Assembly: GCA_019721075.1 (NCBI GenBank)
Contig: JAHEAD010000008.1
Coordinates: 1-64,000, forward strand
Length of the DNA stretch: 64,000 nt
Origin: Candidatus Sysuiplasma jiujiangense
GTDB lineage: Archaea > Thermoplasmatota > Thermoplasmata > Sysuiplasmatales > Sysuiplasmataceae
Direction of reading: 5' to 3'
Numbering within the stretch: position 1 is the first letter of the stretch; each line of letters begins with the position of its first letter. Below, piece after piece: positions 9,189 through 19,897 of the stretch. Made by a program: the position numbers and the translations under genes. The notes beneath the pieces are model-generated. The model did no database searches. It was not told the origin of the DNA and saw only the letters and a list, made by a program, of their open reading frames with translations.

Positions 9189-10397
9189 TCACCTGGCAGT
9201 GGAACAAAACGACTTTACCGCCGCTGCCAGCGTGTCTATTTCCTCCTCCGTTATAATCAGAGGGGGAAGAAGCCTGACAACTGTGTCATGCGCCACATTA
9301 ACAAGCATGTTCCTTTCGAATGCATAGTCTGCGAACTTCCTTGCGAAATCACCGCTGAATTCCATTCCGACCATCAGTCCCTTTCCCCTTATTTCCACCA
9401 GTTTGTCAAAATTCCTCAATGACGCATCGAGCTTTTCCCTGAGATACGCACCCCTGGACACTACTCCTTCCAGGAATCCGGGGGAATCTATTATTTCGAG
9501 TGTCGCAATGCCTGCAGCCGTTGCAAGGGGATTGCCACCGAATGTCGAACCATGGTCGCCCTCACTTATACGGGCGGCCACTTCGTCGCTTACAATGGTT
9601 GCTCCGATGGGGACGCCGCCTGCAAGACCCTTCGCAAGCGTAACGATATCCGGCCTGCATGCCTGCTCCCAGGTATGCGCAAACATCCTGCCTGTCCTTC
9701 CAATGCCCGTCTGTATCTCATCCATAATGAGGAGTGAGCCGTTATCATGAACAAGCTGTGAAACACGAGTCAGGAAACCGGCAGGCGGAACAACGACGCC
9801 ACCTTCTCCCTGAATCGGTTCGAGTATAACCGCAGCAACATCATCGTCAAGGTGTTCCTTGAGCGATTCGGCAGAACCGTAATCGAAAAATTCAACGTTT
9901 CCATAAATCAGCGGTTCAAAACCTTTCCAGTATTTCGGCTGGCCTGTCACAGAAAGGGCCATGGCTGTCCGGCCATGGAACGAGTTGGAAGCTGAGACGA
10001 ATTTTTTCCTGCCCGTCGCCTTGACAGCGAACTTGAGTGCTGCCTCATTGGCTTCCGCACCGCTGTTGCTGAAAAATACTTTCATTTTCCGGCTGCTGAA
10101 GAAACCTGCGATCATGGACGAAAGCAGTGACTGATTGCCTATCTCGTAGAGGTTGGACGTGTGAATTATGCTGCTTGCCTGATTGCATATCGCAGAAACG
10201 AGCTTGTGATTGGAGTGACCAAGCACATTTACAGCTATTCCGCCGACAAAGTCAATGTATTCCCTGCCGGTGGAGTCCCAGACCCTGCTTCCCTTGCCAT
10301 TCGTGAATGATATGCCCTTCCTTCTGTATACACGCAGAAGGCTGTCCTGGTTTTGCACTGCCCTGTCCGATGATTCAACTTTGTATTTCTGTGCCAA
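9189..10397 (-). CDS. argD: Acetylornithine aminotransferase
   Basis: NSGAEANEAA, FHGRT, EPIQGEGG, DEIQTG, LAKGL, HGSTFGGNP; arg operon context. Confidence 0.92.
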   Translation of the reverse strand: MAQKYKVESSDRAVQNQDSLLRVYRRKGISFTNGKGSRVWDSTGREYIDFVGGIAVNVLGHSNHKLVSAICNQASSIIHTSNLYEIGNQSLLSSMIAGFFSSRKMKVFFSNSGAEANEAALKFAVKATGRKKFVSASNSFHGRTAMALSVTGQPKYWKGFEPLIYGNVEFFDYGSAESLKEHLDDDVAAVILEPIQGEGGVVVPPAGFLTRVSQLVHDNGSLLIMDEIQTGIGRTGRMFAHTWEQACRPDIVTLAKGLAGGVPIGATIVSDEVAARISEGDHGSTFGGNPLATAAGIATLEIIDSPGFLEGVVSRGAYLREKLDASLRNFDKLVEIRGKGLMVGMEFSGDFARKFADYAFERNMLVNVAHDTVVRLLPPLIITEEEIDTLAAAVKSFCSTAR

Positions 10398-11193
10398 TTA
10401 TCACACCCTCCCTGTAAAAATTGATGAGATTAGCAGGATTTCTGCCGTCCACTATCGCAACCTTCCGGACACCTGAGTTCAGCGCATTTCTTGCCGCCTT
10501 GAGTTTCGGAATCATCCCGCCCTGAAGCTTTCCGGAACTCTCCAACAGATTTATGCTTCCGGCATTAATGACGTTCTGCACTACAGAATCCACGATAACG
10601 CCGCCCACGTCTGTTGCGAGTACCAGTGATCCGGCGCCGACGGCCGACGCCACTTCGGAAGCGAGTTCGTCTGCGTTTATGTTGTATAAATTGGATGAAC
10701 TGTCCGCGGCCACGGGATAGATAACGGGAACAGCCCCTCCACGCACGAGGGAGAGCAGAAGAGTAGTATCAACGTTTTCCACTTCGCCGACAAATCCCAA
10801 ATCAACACCTTCAGGGTCAGGTTTCTTTCTGCATTTCACAATGGACGATGCAAATGCTGGCAGCGGTACTGCATTGATGCCATGGGCAAGGAGCGTAATC
10901 GCAATTTCGTTCGACTTTTTTGACAGAGCCATCTGAACAATGTCGAGAACCTCCCCGGTTGTGATCCTCAGCCCTCTGTACTTCCTGGTATCGACAGAAA
11001 GGCGGGAACACAGCCGATCAATTTCAGTGCCGCCTCCGTTGACCAGAATGACATCGTGCCCTCCCTTTTTTGCCGTCTCGACGACTTCTGCCAGTGCTGC
11101 GGCGCCGTCTCCGCCCTGCAGTATGCTTCCTCCTGCCTTGATTACAGTGAGGAGACTGGTTTCATGTTGAGTATGCAGAGTTGATCCTGACAT
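10375..11193 (-). CDS. argB: Acetylglutamate kinase
   Basis: IKAGGS, VNGGG, GLRIT, DLGFVGEV, NINADELA, GGMIPKL; start uncertain (see findings). Confidence 0.9.
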   Translation of the reverse strand: MSGSTLHTQHETSLLTVIKAGGSILQGGDGAAALAEVVETAKKGGHDVILVNGGGTEIDRLCSRLSVDTRKYRGLRITTGEVLDIVQMALSKKSNEIAITLLAHGINAVPLPAFASSIVKCRKKPDPEGVDLGFVGEVENVDTTLLLSLVRGGAVPVIYPVAADSSSNLYNINADELASEVASAVGAGSLVLATDVGGVIVDSVVQNVINAGSINLLESSGKLQGGMIPKLKAARNALNSGVRKVAIVDGRNPANLINFYREGVIIGTEIQS

Positions 11194-12385
11194 AGTCATA
11201 GCTGAGGTCACATCCCATTGCAATCGCACTTTCCTTCCCGGCTCCCAGATCTATCAAGATATTTACTTCCCTTTCTTTCATCGCCTCTGCCGCCCTTTCT
11301 GAATTTGCCCCTACAATTCCACCCGAAATTATCCTGCATCGTCGTTTGCTGCCAATCCACACGTTAAGACGTGAGAAATCCGCAGTGCATCCTGAGTTCC
11401 CTATTGCGGAGGCTATTCTTCCCACATTCGGATCGCTGCCGAAGACCGCACATTTAAACAGGCTGGACGACACAACAGCTTTCGCGGCAAGTCTTGCATC
11501 GGGATGGCTTGCAGCGTTGATTACCTCGACCACGAGCAGATGGGTTGCTCCCTCGCCATCCTGCGCTACCATTTTTGCCAGTTCAAACATGACTTTCTGC
11601 AGTGCCTCCTCAAAAAATCTGTCCCGGCGGACAGGTGGGCCTCCGGCGGCCCCGTTCGCCATCAGCAGCACCGTGTCATTTGTGCTCTGGTCACCGTCTA
11701 TAGATACCATATTGAAGGTCTCGTCGACCGTCCTTTCCAGACAGTGCCGGAGATAGGCTTCCGTCACGGGTGCATCCGTCGTGATGAATGTCAGGGTTGT
11801 TGCATGAAGCGCCTTCATATTCGGTGCAATCATGCCGGAGCCCTTTGTCATTCCGCCTATCCTGATTCGTCGCCCATCCGTGAGTGTCTGTTCCACCGCA
11901 AACTCCTTCTTTGACTTGTCCGTTGTCAGAATTGCTTCGGCTGCTCTGCTTCCGGCACTTAGTGATTTGGAGATTGCGCCGGATGCAGACCTGATGCCCC
12001 TGTATATTTTCATCATCGGGAGTTTTCTGCCTATTATACCCGTGGAACATACAACAATACTGCTCTCATCCAGACCCAGCAGTTTGGACGTGTAAGCGCA
12101 CATGCTCCTGGCATCCCTGATACCAGCTTCACCCGTAAGCGCATTCGCATTTCCGCTGTTAACCACAACCCCCCTCAATTTTCCCCGCGAAAGTTTCAGT
12201 TTCTCGGAAGTCACTATCACGGGAGCGGCCTTCAGCGAGTTTGAAGTAAATACTCCGGCCGCATTGCAGACAGTGTCGGATACGATGATGGCTACATCTG
12301 CCTTTCCCGATTTTCTCAGACCTGCCCTACCTGAAGCGGCGGAAAAACCAGATGGTGCTGTAACACCGCCCTGAATTACTCTCAA
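11162..12385 (-). CDS. argJ: Ornithine acetyltransferase / N-acetylglutamate synthase
   Basis: NSGNANA, STGIIG, KGSGMIAPNM..ATTL, IDGDQSTNDT, DGEGAT, CDLSYDYVRINSAYST. Confidence 0.95.
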   Translation of the reverse strand: MRVIQGGVTAPSGFSAASGRAGLRKSGKADVAIIVSDTVCNAAGVFTSNSLKAAPVIVTSEKLKLSRGKLRGVVVNSGNANALTGEAGIRDARSMCAYTSKLLGLDESSIVVCSTGIIGRKLPMMKIYRGIRSASGAISKSLSAGSRAAEAILTTDKSKKEFAVEQTLTDGRRIRIGGMTKGSGMIAPNMKALHATTLTFITTDAPVTEAYLRHCLERTVDETFNMVSIDGDQSTNDTVLLMANGAAGGPPVRRDRFFEEALQKVMFELAKMVAQDGEGATHLLVVEVINAASHPDARLAAKAVVSSSLFKCAVFGSDPNVGRIASAIGNSGCTADFSRLNVWIGSKRRCRIISGGIVGANSERAAEAMKEREVNILIDLGAGKESAIAMGCDLSYDYVRINSAYST

Positions 12386-12387
12386 AT

Positions 12388-13404
12388 TTACCTACCCACC
12401 CCGGAGGGGCCGAATTTGAGTCCTGCGTCTTCAGGAAAAGACATCATTATGTTTGCATTCTGAACTGCCTGACCGCTCGCACCCTTTACCAGATTGTCGA
12501 TAAACACCATCAATATCGTATTCATGCCTGCCTCGATTATCTCAATCATACAGTGATTCGACGAATTTACCATGTTCAGGCTGCAGTTGCTGCCAATATG
12601 CACAAATTTTGAATCTCTGTAGTATGAAGAGAGCTTTTCTGTGACTGAAGATGCACTCGTATCGAAGAGATATATCGTTTCTTCAATTCCCCGAACAATC
12701 GGAATCAGGTGAGGAACAAAAACCGGTGAGAGGCACTTTCCGTAAACGGACAGCATTTCGTTAATTTCTGCGATGTGCCTGTGATTGTTCACATTGTACG
12801 GTCTTATGTTCTCTGCGATATCCGGATGATGTGTCGGGAATGTAGGTTCCTTTCCGGCCCCTGAAGTTCCGCTCTTTGCATCTATGACCACATCACCGCC
12901 TATCATGTCGGCCACAGGCAACAGTGCAATCAGGGCTGCAGTGGAATAACATCCGGGGTTGGCAACCAGGGATGCCTCGCTTATCCTTCTGCTCATTGCT
13001 TCTGTCAGTCCATAAACACTATTCTCAAGATTCTTCTGATCCATGTGCTTCATTCCGTAATACCGTTCAAAGGACGATGTATCGTGAAGGCGGTAGTCTG
13101 GGCCAAGATCCACAATCCTAAGTCCTGAATCAATGAGTTGCGGGACTATCTTCATGCTTTCACCTGCGGGAAGACTTATAAATACGATATCACAGTCCGA
13201 TACGGATCTGAAATCACTTTTTCCGGAAACCACAACACCATCATGCTTCATCCATGGGTAGACCGCTGAGAGTTTCCTCCCCGCCATACTGTCGGACTGG
13301 GCATAAGCGATTTCAAAACCTGGATGACCGTCCATTATACGGAGGAGCTCATAGCCTGCGTACCCGCCTGCGCCGATTATTCCCGCCTTCTTCTCATCAG
13401 ACAT
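12388..13404 (-). CDS. argC: N-acetyl-gamma-glutamyl-phosphate reductase
   Basis: GAGGYAG, ANPGCY, AKSGTSGAGK, HRHIAEI, DNLVKGASGQAVQNAN. Confidence 0.95.
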   Translation of the reverse strand: MSDEKKAGIIGAGGYAGYELLRIMDGHPGFEIAYAQSDSMAGRKLSAVYPWMKHDGVVVSGKSDFRSVSDCDIVFISLPAGESMKIVPQLIDSGLRIVDLGPDYRLHDTSSFERYYGMKHMDQKNLENSVYGLTEAMSRRISEASLVANPGCYSTAALIALLPVADMIGGDVVIDAKSGTSGAGKEPTFPTHHPDIAENIRPYNVNNHRHIAEINEMLSVYGKCLSPVFVPHLIPIVRGIEETIYLFDTSASSVTEKLSSYYRDSKFVHIGSNCSLNMVNSSNHCMIEIIEAGMNTILMVFIDNLVKGASGQAVQNANIMMSFPEDAGLKFGPSGVGR

Positions 13405-13563
13405 TATACAGAGGCGCTCATTGAAATGCGGGACTTATTCACTGTGTCCCATTCTGTACAGTTGAACAATTGCGTTGTCTCCAGCGTGACAAAGGACAGT
13501 CACAAATTTATCGCCTGTCCCATTCCGGATTGTTTAAGAGGGAGGTTACGGTTGCAGGAACCG

Positions 13564-13956
13564 ATGTCAAAATGGCTTTTCAAGGAGGAACCTGAACACT
13601 ACAGTTTCGAAATGCTGCAAAGTGATCGGTCGACGTTGTGGGATGGTGTGAGAAATAATCTTGCATTGAAAAATCTGAAGATGGTGAAGAGGGGAGAAAA
13701 AATAATTTATTACCACACTGGTCAGATCAGGGCAGCTGTGGGTATTGCAGCAGCGGACACAGATTCTTTTAATGATTCCGATGGCTTTCCTGTGGTGAAG
13801 ATAAGGGCAGAACAGAGATTCAGAAGACCCGTAACACTCTCGGATATCCGGGCGACCGGAAAATTCGACAATACCCCGCTCGTCAGGCTGCCCAGGCTCT
13901 CGGTAATGGAAGTTGAGGATAGCCTTTGGGAATATATAATGGGCGCCGGTTTGTGA
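13564..13956 (+). CDS. EVE (PUA-like) domain protein
   Basis: WLFKEEP, WDGVRNNLA, YYHTG, RLSVM; GGAGG SD upstream. Confidence 0.88.
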   Translation: MSKWLFKEEPEHYSFEMLQSDRSTLWDGVRNNLALKNLKMVKRGEKIIYYHTGQIRAAVGIAAADTDSFNDSDGFPVVKIRAEQRFRRPVTLSDIRATGKFDNTPLVRLPRLSVMEVEDSLWEYIMGAGL

Positions 13957-14064
13957 CATGATTGCAGCGGTTGCATCTTTTTTAACGATACCAGGTGTCT
14001 TACCTGCTCTGTTTTCCAAAGACAGGATTCTGCCTTAAATATTAAGGCGGTTTCCGTCCATGTC

Positions 14065-14604
14065 ATGAGAAATATACGTATTGCAGGCTTTGGCGGAAGC
14101 CTGAGGAAAGGATCTTACAACAGAATGCTCCTGCAAAGCGCGAGCGCACTGATGCCAGGAAACTCAGAACTCAGGATACTCGATATTTCTCAAATTCCAC
14201 TGTTCAACCAGGATCTTGAGTCAAACCCTCCCTCCTCTGTCAGTGAATTCAAGAAGGGCATTAAGGAGGCTGACGGTGTTCTGGTTGTCACGCCTGAATA
14301 CAATTACTCAATACCGGGCTTTCTCAAGAATGCGATAGACTGGGGCTCCAGACCTTACGGAGACAACGCCTTTGACGGAAAGCATGTGGCGATGATGAGC
14401 GCCGGAGGCAGGCTGGGAGGTGCACGGGCCCAGTATCATCTCAGACAGGTATTTATTTTCCTCAACATGAAACCTGTGAACCTGCCGGAAGTTTTTGTAA
14501 TGAATCCTGCTGCCGTCTTCGGTGACGACGGAAGCATCAAAGATGATCGGGTTAAGGAGAATATCAGGGAATTGCTGGCCAAACTTGTTGAATCCTGCAG
14601 TTAA
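14065..14604 (+). CDS. NAD(P)H-dependent FMN reductase (ChrR/SsuE-like)
   Basis: GSLRKGSYN, TPEYNYSIPGFLKNAIDW, GGARAQYHLRQ. Confidence 0.9.
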   Translation: MRNIRIAGFGGSLRKGSYNRMLLQSASALMPGNSELRILDISQIPLFNQDLESNPPSSVSEFKKGIKEADGVLVVTPEYNYSIPGFLKNAIDWGSRPYGDNAFDGKHVAMMSAGGRLGGARAQYHLRQVFIFLNMKPVNLPEVFVMNPAAVFGDDGSIKDDRVKENIRELLAKLVESCS

Positions 14605-14745
14605 CATCGGGAGCGAACAGCCGGACAGTGCGCCTTCATTCCAGGTCCTTCACATTATCAGTTCGCACGGTTAACAGCCATTTCTATCATCATGTTTAAG
14701 TCCAGACGCCGGAATAGCGTAACTGCCCAAGGAAAGGGAAGCACG

Positions 14746-15432
14746 ATGAGGGAAAAGAGATATCTCATAATCAACCTGAAAAGTTACCGTGAATCATTTG
14801 GAAATAATGCAATAGAGATTGGAAAGCATTCATTTGAAGCCTCAAAGAAATTTGGTGTGGAAGTAGTTGTCTGTCCTCCCATTCCCTGGCTGAACGCAGT
14901 TGCGGAAACCGGAGCAACAGTTTTCGCACAGCACTGCGACAGCCACGAACCTGGCCCTTTTACAGGCTTCACTTCGCCGGAAATGATCAGTGCTTCCGGA
15001 GGGCGGGGAGTACTGGTCAATCACAGCGAGCACAGAATAAAACTTGCGGACATAGAAAGCATAGTGGAGAAGAGCAGGGCACTACAGCTCATCGCGTTGG
15101 TATGCGCAGACACACCTGGCAGCGTTGCAGCGGTTAGCGCCCTTCATCCAGACTTGGTGGCGATTGAGCCTCCTGAACTCATCGGCACAGGAATATCCGT
15201 TTCGAAGGCGAGACCCGAAGTAATTACAAAATCCATCCAGTCCGTAAGGCAGATAAGCGGTGAAACACCTGTGATTGCAGGAGCGGGAATAACTTCTGCG
15301 GCGGACGTCAGGAAAGCTTATGAGCTTGGAGCATCCGGAGCACTTGTAGCCTCAGCCATAGTCAAATCAAATGACAGGAGGGAGCTGATATTCAGCATGT
15401 GCCAGGAGCTTTCTTCAGCGGAAATAAAATGA
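14746..15432 (+). CDS. tpiA: Triosephosphate isomerase, archaeal type
   Basis: INLKSY, NHSEHR, AIEPPELIGTG, GAGI, LVASA. Confidence 0.93.
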   Translation: MREKRYLIINLKSYRESFGNNAIEIGKHSFEASKKFGVEVVVCPPIPWLNAVAETGATVFAQHCDSHEPGPFTGFTSPEMISASGGRGVLVNHSEHRIKLADIESIVEKSRALQLIALVCADTPGSVAAVSALHPDLVAIEPPELIGTGISVSKARPEVITKSIQSVRQISGETPVIAGAGITSAADVRKAYELGASGALVASAIVKSNDRRELIFSMCQELSSAEIK

Positions 15433-15462
15433 GAGCACCCTCGTACACAACGGCATACATTC

Positions 15463-17013
15463 CTAAACGGTTTGTCTGGAGACCGAGAGGATCCCTTCAG
15501 CCTCCCTTTCGGCTTCCCAGATTTTTCCGCCCGACGTGTCGAAAACAATTGTCTTCATATTTGTAAATTCATCGATGCTGTATCCTATACCCTCCCTGCC
15601 GAGGCCGCTTTCCTTCACCCCGCCGAAGGGGAAGAAACCGACACCATGGGAAGGATAGTTGTTCACTGTGACTTCTCCAACTTCAAGTCTCTTTGCGACT
15701 TTCCATGCTGAATTCAGGTCTTTCGTGAATACGGCGGAATCGAGTCCATACTCGGATCTGTTGGAAATTTCAATTGCTTCATCAACAGTCGCGAATCTGT
15801 GCACGGGAATGACCGGGCCGAACGTTTCCTCCCACATTATTCGCGCCTCCAGAGGGACGTCTGTGAGCAGCGTTGGTTCCATGAAGTTCCCATGGCTCTT
15901 TCCGCCGTGTACAAGTCTTGCTCCTTTCCCGACGGCGTCGTCTACCAGTTCATGCACGTGTTTCACAGCCTGCAGATTTATCATTGGACCGATCAGCGAC
16001 TTTTCATCGCTTGGATCCCCTACAGTCCAGGACTTGATGCCTTCTCCCAGCAACCTGCAGAACTGTTCATAGATATTGCTCTGGACAAGGACTCGGCTGA
16101 TGGCATCGCATCTCTGACCCGCATTTTTCAGAGACCCTGCCAGGGTCTTGGAGGCAGCATCGTTGATATCAGCATCGTTGAGAACAATAGCAACGCCTTT
16201 TCCTCCGAGTTCAAGATGTATTTTCTTTATACCGGAAATTTTTGTGAGTTCTTTTCCGACACCTGTGCTGCCGGTGAAAGTGACGACATCAACAATCGGA
16301 CTCTCTGCCAGGTAGCTGCCAAGCGAGCCCTTTCCCGTAACCAGGTTTATGGAGGAAGGGGGAAGGCCCGATTCCTGCATAATCCGGGTCATCAGGATTG
16401 GAGGGATTGGATCAACGCTTGGCGGCTTTATAATTACAGAATTTCCCGCAAGAAGAGCCGGTATGGCTTTCGTGAATGTTATAAACAGCGGATAATTGAA
16501 GGGTGAAATTGCGAGAACGAGGCCGACGGGTTCCCTGATTATCAGAGCATATTTGCCGACATTCTCCTCTGCCCAGTCTCCCGGTATATAATCGCCAAAA
16601 ATCTTCCTTGTTTCCTCAAACGTAAGCGAAAGCCTGTGCATCGTGGAATGTATTTCGCCGGCAGCATCCGACATAGTTTTTCCATTGTTGACGACAATAG
16701 AATTTCGGAGCGTCTCAAAATTCTCTTCAATGAGTTTGGACGCCTTGGACATCGCATTCATCCGCTGGATGGCCGGCATTCTCCTTATAAGCGGCTTCGC
16801 AGCGAAGGCATCCTTCAGCACTATGTCCGCATCAGAAGCGGAAGCCACAGATGTCCTCGCAATAATTGAGTCGTCTATAGGGCTCCTTACTTCATTGAAA
16901 TCCCCCGATTCGGGGAAATACCATCTGCCCCCCGAGTATATCTTGAAATTCGGTATTCCGTCATCTGCAATTTCATACGTTTCTCTAAAAAAGTCGTTCA
17001 GTCTTAATTTCAT
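15463..17013 (-). CDS. gapN: Non-phosphorylating glyceraldehyde-3-phosphate dehydrogenase (ALDH family)
   Basis: GDYIPGDW, ISPFNYPL, LELGGK, AGQRCDA, WEETFGP, HGVGFFPFGG; adjacent to tpiA. Confidence 0.8.
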   Translation of the reverse strand: MKLRLNDFFRETYEIADDGIPNFKIYSGGRWYFPESGDFNEVRSPIDDSIIARTSVASASDADIVLKDAFAAKPLIRRMPAIQRMNAMSKASKLIEENFETLRNSIVVNNGKTMSDAAGEIHSTMHRLSLTFEETRKIFGDYIPGDWAEENVGKYALIIREPVGLVLAISPFNYPLFITFTKAIPALLAGNSVIIKPPSVDPIPPILMTRIMQESGLPPSSINLVTGKGSLGSYLAESPIVDVVTFTGSTGVGKELTKISGIKKIHLELGGKGVAIVLNDADINDAASKTLAGSLKNAGQRCDAISRVLVQSNIYEQFCRLLGEGIKSWTVGDPSDEKSLIGPMINLQAVKHVHELVDDAVGKGARLVHGGKSHGNFMEPTLLTDVPLEARIMWEETFGPVIPVHRFATVDEAIEISNRSEYGLDSAVFTKDLNSAWKVAKRLEVGEVTVNNYPSHGVGFFPFGGVKESGLGREGIGYSIDEFTNMKTIVFDTSGGKIWEAEREAEGILSVSRQTV

Positions 17014-17383
17014 TTATTGTTTCACTTCTCGTTTTAATTATCTAATCAAGTTTACGTACAACCTTCTCTCTCTTATATTTTGACATGCCCTGCAGGAATT
17101 GAAAACAAGAACAAAAGGCAAATCGTGGTCTTTAACCGCTCAAACCGGAACTAGCTTGTGCTGAAAGGAGCGGGAGACGGGGATTGCTTTCAGACGGCGA
17201 AATCGAAGACGGATGCGCTGACCTATAGCTGTAGCATGCATTGAGACCAAACTTCGCAGATATAAAAAAAGCAATCCGGACAGCACAGTCCGAAACAGAG
17301 TGAAAAATAAATTGCCTGAAAAAAGTTTGCAAATGTTTAGGCAGATCGAATCCTTGAACGGAGAAGAGGTGCTCTCTCCAACA

Positions 17384-19468
17384 CTATTTGTCCTGGACCT
17401 GATGTCGTATTGATTCAACAACATCAGGATTCGCAAGCGTTGTAACATCGCCAACAGGCAGTCTGTTGGAAATAGAGGCAAGGACCCTTCTCATTATCTT
17501 GCCGGACCGTGTCTTTGGCATATCCGGCACAATATGAACAGCCTTCGGTCTTGCAATTTTGCCTATCGTTGTTTCTATAGAGTGAACGACCTTTTCCTCT
17601 ATGTGTTTTCCGGACTCCACCCCTGGTTTAAGGGATATGTATACATCGGGTATTTTTCCCTTTATTTCATCAGTGACCGGAACAACGGCCGCTTCTCCGA
17701 CTTCCTGCACGAGCAGGCATGCCGATTCTATTTCCTTTGTCCCCAGCCGATGGCCCGCAACGTTGATAACGTCGTCTATCCTTCCAAGGATTCTGATGTA
17801 GCCGTCCATTGCCTGGACAGCGCCATCGCCGGCAAAATATGGCCAGTCTCTCCAGTTCTTGCTCTCCGGATCCCTGTTGTATTTCTGGTAATACTGTTTC
17901 ACGAATCTGTCTGGATCTCCCCAGATTGTCTGCATTATTCCCGGCCAGGGATTTCTAATGCAGATATTGCCCGCCTTGCCCGTGCCTGGAGGAATCTCGT
18001 TCCCGTTTTCATCATATATCACCGGGAAAATACCTGGAACTGGAGGGCCCGCGCTGCCCGGCTTCATCCTGTCTAGCGCAGGCTTCGTTGAACATAGGAA
18101 ACCGCCGTTTTCTGTCTGCCACCAGGTGTCGACAATGACCGCTTCCCCCTTTCCAACCGAATTGTAGTACCATCTCCAGACTTCCGGCTCAATTGGTTCT
18201 CCCACTGTTGTCATATGCTTGAAATGATATGAATACTTCATTGGTTCATCGGGACCCGCCTTCCTGAGCATCCGTATGGTCGTCGGTGATGTGTGAAATA
18301 TATTCACATTCAACCTTTCCGCAATCCTCCAGGGACGGCCGGCATCAGGGTAGGTCGGAACGCCTTCATATATTACTGAAGTAGCGGCAAGGGACAGCGG
18401 ACCGTAGACAATGTAGGAGTGGCCGGTGATCCAGCCTATATCCGCAAAGCACCAGTAAACGTCCTCCGGATGAATGTCCTGTATATATTTCGATGTGCCG
18501 GCAACATAAGACAGATATCCGCCAGTGCTGTGCTGGCATCCTTTTGGTTTACCGGTTGTTCCACTCGTGTACATCAGGAAAAGAGGTGCTTCCGCCGGCA
18601 TCGAAACGGGTTCAACAAGCTTTCCCCGAAATCGCTTGAGTAAATCGCCGACAAGGAAATCCCTTCCTTCGATGAGTTTTGCCTTTGTTGAAAGCCTGTT
18701 TGGGAATCTGCTCCAGATGAGAACTTTTTCCACCTCATGTCCATCCTTGGAGGCAGTATCGACTGCAATATCGGCATTCGGCTTGTGATCCAGGAATTTT
18801 CCGTTCCTGTAGTATCCGTCCATGGTGATCAATATTTTGCTGCCTGAATCGGCTATCCTTGTCCCGCATGCCTCTCCGCTGTAACCGCCGAAAACAACAG
18901 AATGAATGGCACCCAGTCTTGCTAAGGCAAGCATCGTTACAGGAAGCTCGGGGACCATTGGCATGTGGACAGTTACCCTGTCACCAGTCTTTACACCTGC
19001 AAAATCCCTCAGCAATGCCGCAAACTCGTTTACTCTCACATAGAGTTCCTGATATGTGATGACCTGTGTAGGTTCGTCCTCAGGTTCAGGGACAAAAATG
19101 AGAGCGGCCTTGTTTTTGTATTTTGCAAGATGGCGGTCTATGCAGTTATAGGAAACGTTCAGTTTTCCCCCGACAAACCACTTCCAGAATGGCGGTTTGG
19201 CAAAATCAAGTGTTGTATGCCAGTATCTGTCCCAGGTGAGCAGATCCGCATACTCCTTGAAGCATTCGGGAAAATTCTCCATACTGAATCGTTCATTTAT
19301 CGACGGGTCAGTCAGATTGGCCTGTCCGATGAATTTAGGAGAAGGAGTGTAATATTCCTCTTCCTTCCAGTGCACGGCTATTTCCGCTTCGGTCAGTTCT
19401 GTCTCTTCCTCTCTTGCCTTGAATTCAGTCTTTTCTTTAACCAATTTCAACATCCCCGTTATGTACAT
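17384..19468 (-). CDS. acs: Acetyl-CoA (acetate/propionate-CoA) synthetase
   Basis: YTSGTTGKPKG, ADIGWITGHSY, DTWWQTE, GHRLGT, PKTRSGKIMRR; true start may be a few codons downstream. Confidence 0.95.
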   Translation of the reverse strand: MYITGMLKLVKEKTEFKAREEETELTEAEIAVHWKEEEYYTPSPKFIGQANLTDPSINERFSMENFPECFKEYADLLTWDRYWHTTLDFAKPPFWKWFVGGKLNVSYNCIDRHLAKYKNKAALIFVPEPEDEPTQVITYQELYVRVNEFAALLRDFAGVKTGDRVTVHMPMVPELPVTMLALARLGAIHSVVFGGYSGEACGTRIADSGSKILITMDGYYRNGKFLDHKPNADIAVDTASKDGHEVEKVLIWSRFPNRLSTKAKLIEGRDFLVGDLLKRFRGKLVEPVSMPAEAPLFLMYTSGTTGKPKGCQHSTGGYLSYVAGTSKYIQDIHPEDVYWCFADIGWITGHSYIVYGPLSLAATSVIYEGVPTYPDAGRPWRIAERLNVNIFHTSPTTIRMLRKAGPDEPMKYSYHFKHMTTVGEPIEPEVWRWYYNSVGKGEAVIVDTWWQTENGGFLCSTKPALDRMKPGSAGPPVPGIFPVIYDENGNEIPPGTGKAGNICIRNPWPGIMQTIWGDPDRFVKQYYQKYNRDPESKNWRDWPYFAGDGAVQAMDGYIRILGRIDDVINVAGHRLGTKEIESACLLVQEVGEAAVVPVTDEIKGKIPDVYISLKPGVESGKHIEEKVVHSIETTIGKIARPKAVHIVPDMPKTRSGKIMRRVLASISNRLPVGDVTTLANPDVVESIRHQVQDK

Positions 19469-19897
19469 TTTTTAAAACAATGACCAACATGCAACTGCCT
19501 GATTTCTGGTCGAACATACGGATAAGTGACAAATTATTTCACCATCAAAGGAATTTGAAATGTATATGGAGAATGCTCGTCAGACACCACTCCCGCAGAC
19601 CATTTCCAGATAAATCGCTAATGCCTTTGTCGAATATATATCTTCGCACTTTTGCGTCAGCTGAATCAATATCAACAACACCGTTATGCAGGTTAATTAT
19701 AAACAGAGATTAAATAATCGAAAGACATTCGGGAGTAGGGGGTATGGCAACAGATAGGGTTCGATTCGAAGTTCTGTGCGGATGAGTGGATTGCGATATT
19801 GAATATGGACTGAAAATCAGACAGTATGGATTATTCCCGGATAACTGGGATTTCCATGAGAATATAGAAATAGAGAAGAATTCGGAGGTAGAAAAGA

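Noticed and set aside
13324..13563. N-terminal extension of the EVE ORF
   Set aside because: Overlaps argC and its promoter; the SD and the domain start point to 13552/13564.
15799..16506. 235-aa plus-strand ORF, and similar antisense ORFs over the arg, acs, mcm, hpa and thrC genes
   Set aside because: They overlap well-supported genes on the opposite strand or in another frame and have no recognisable features.
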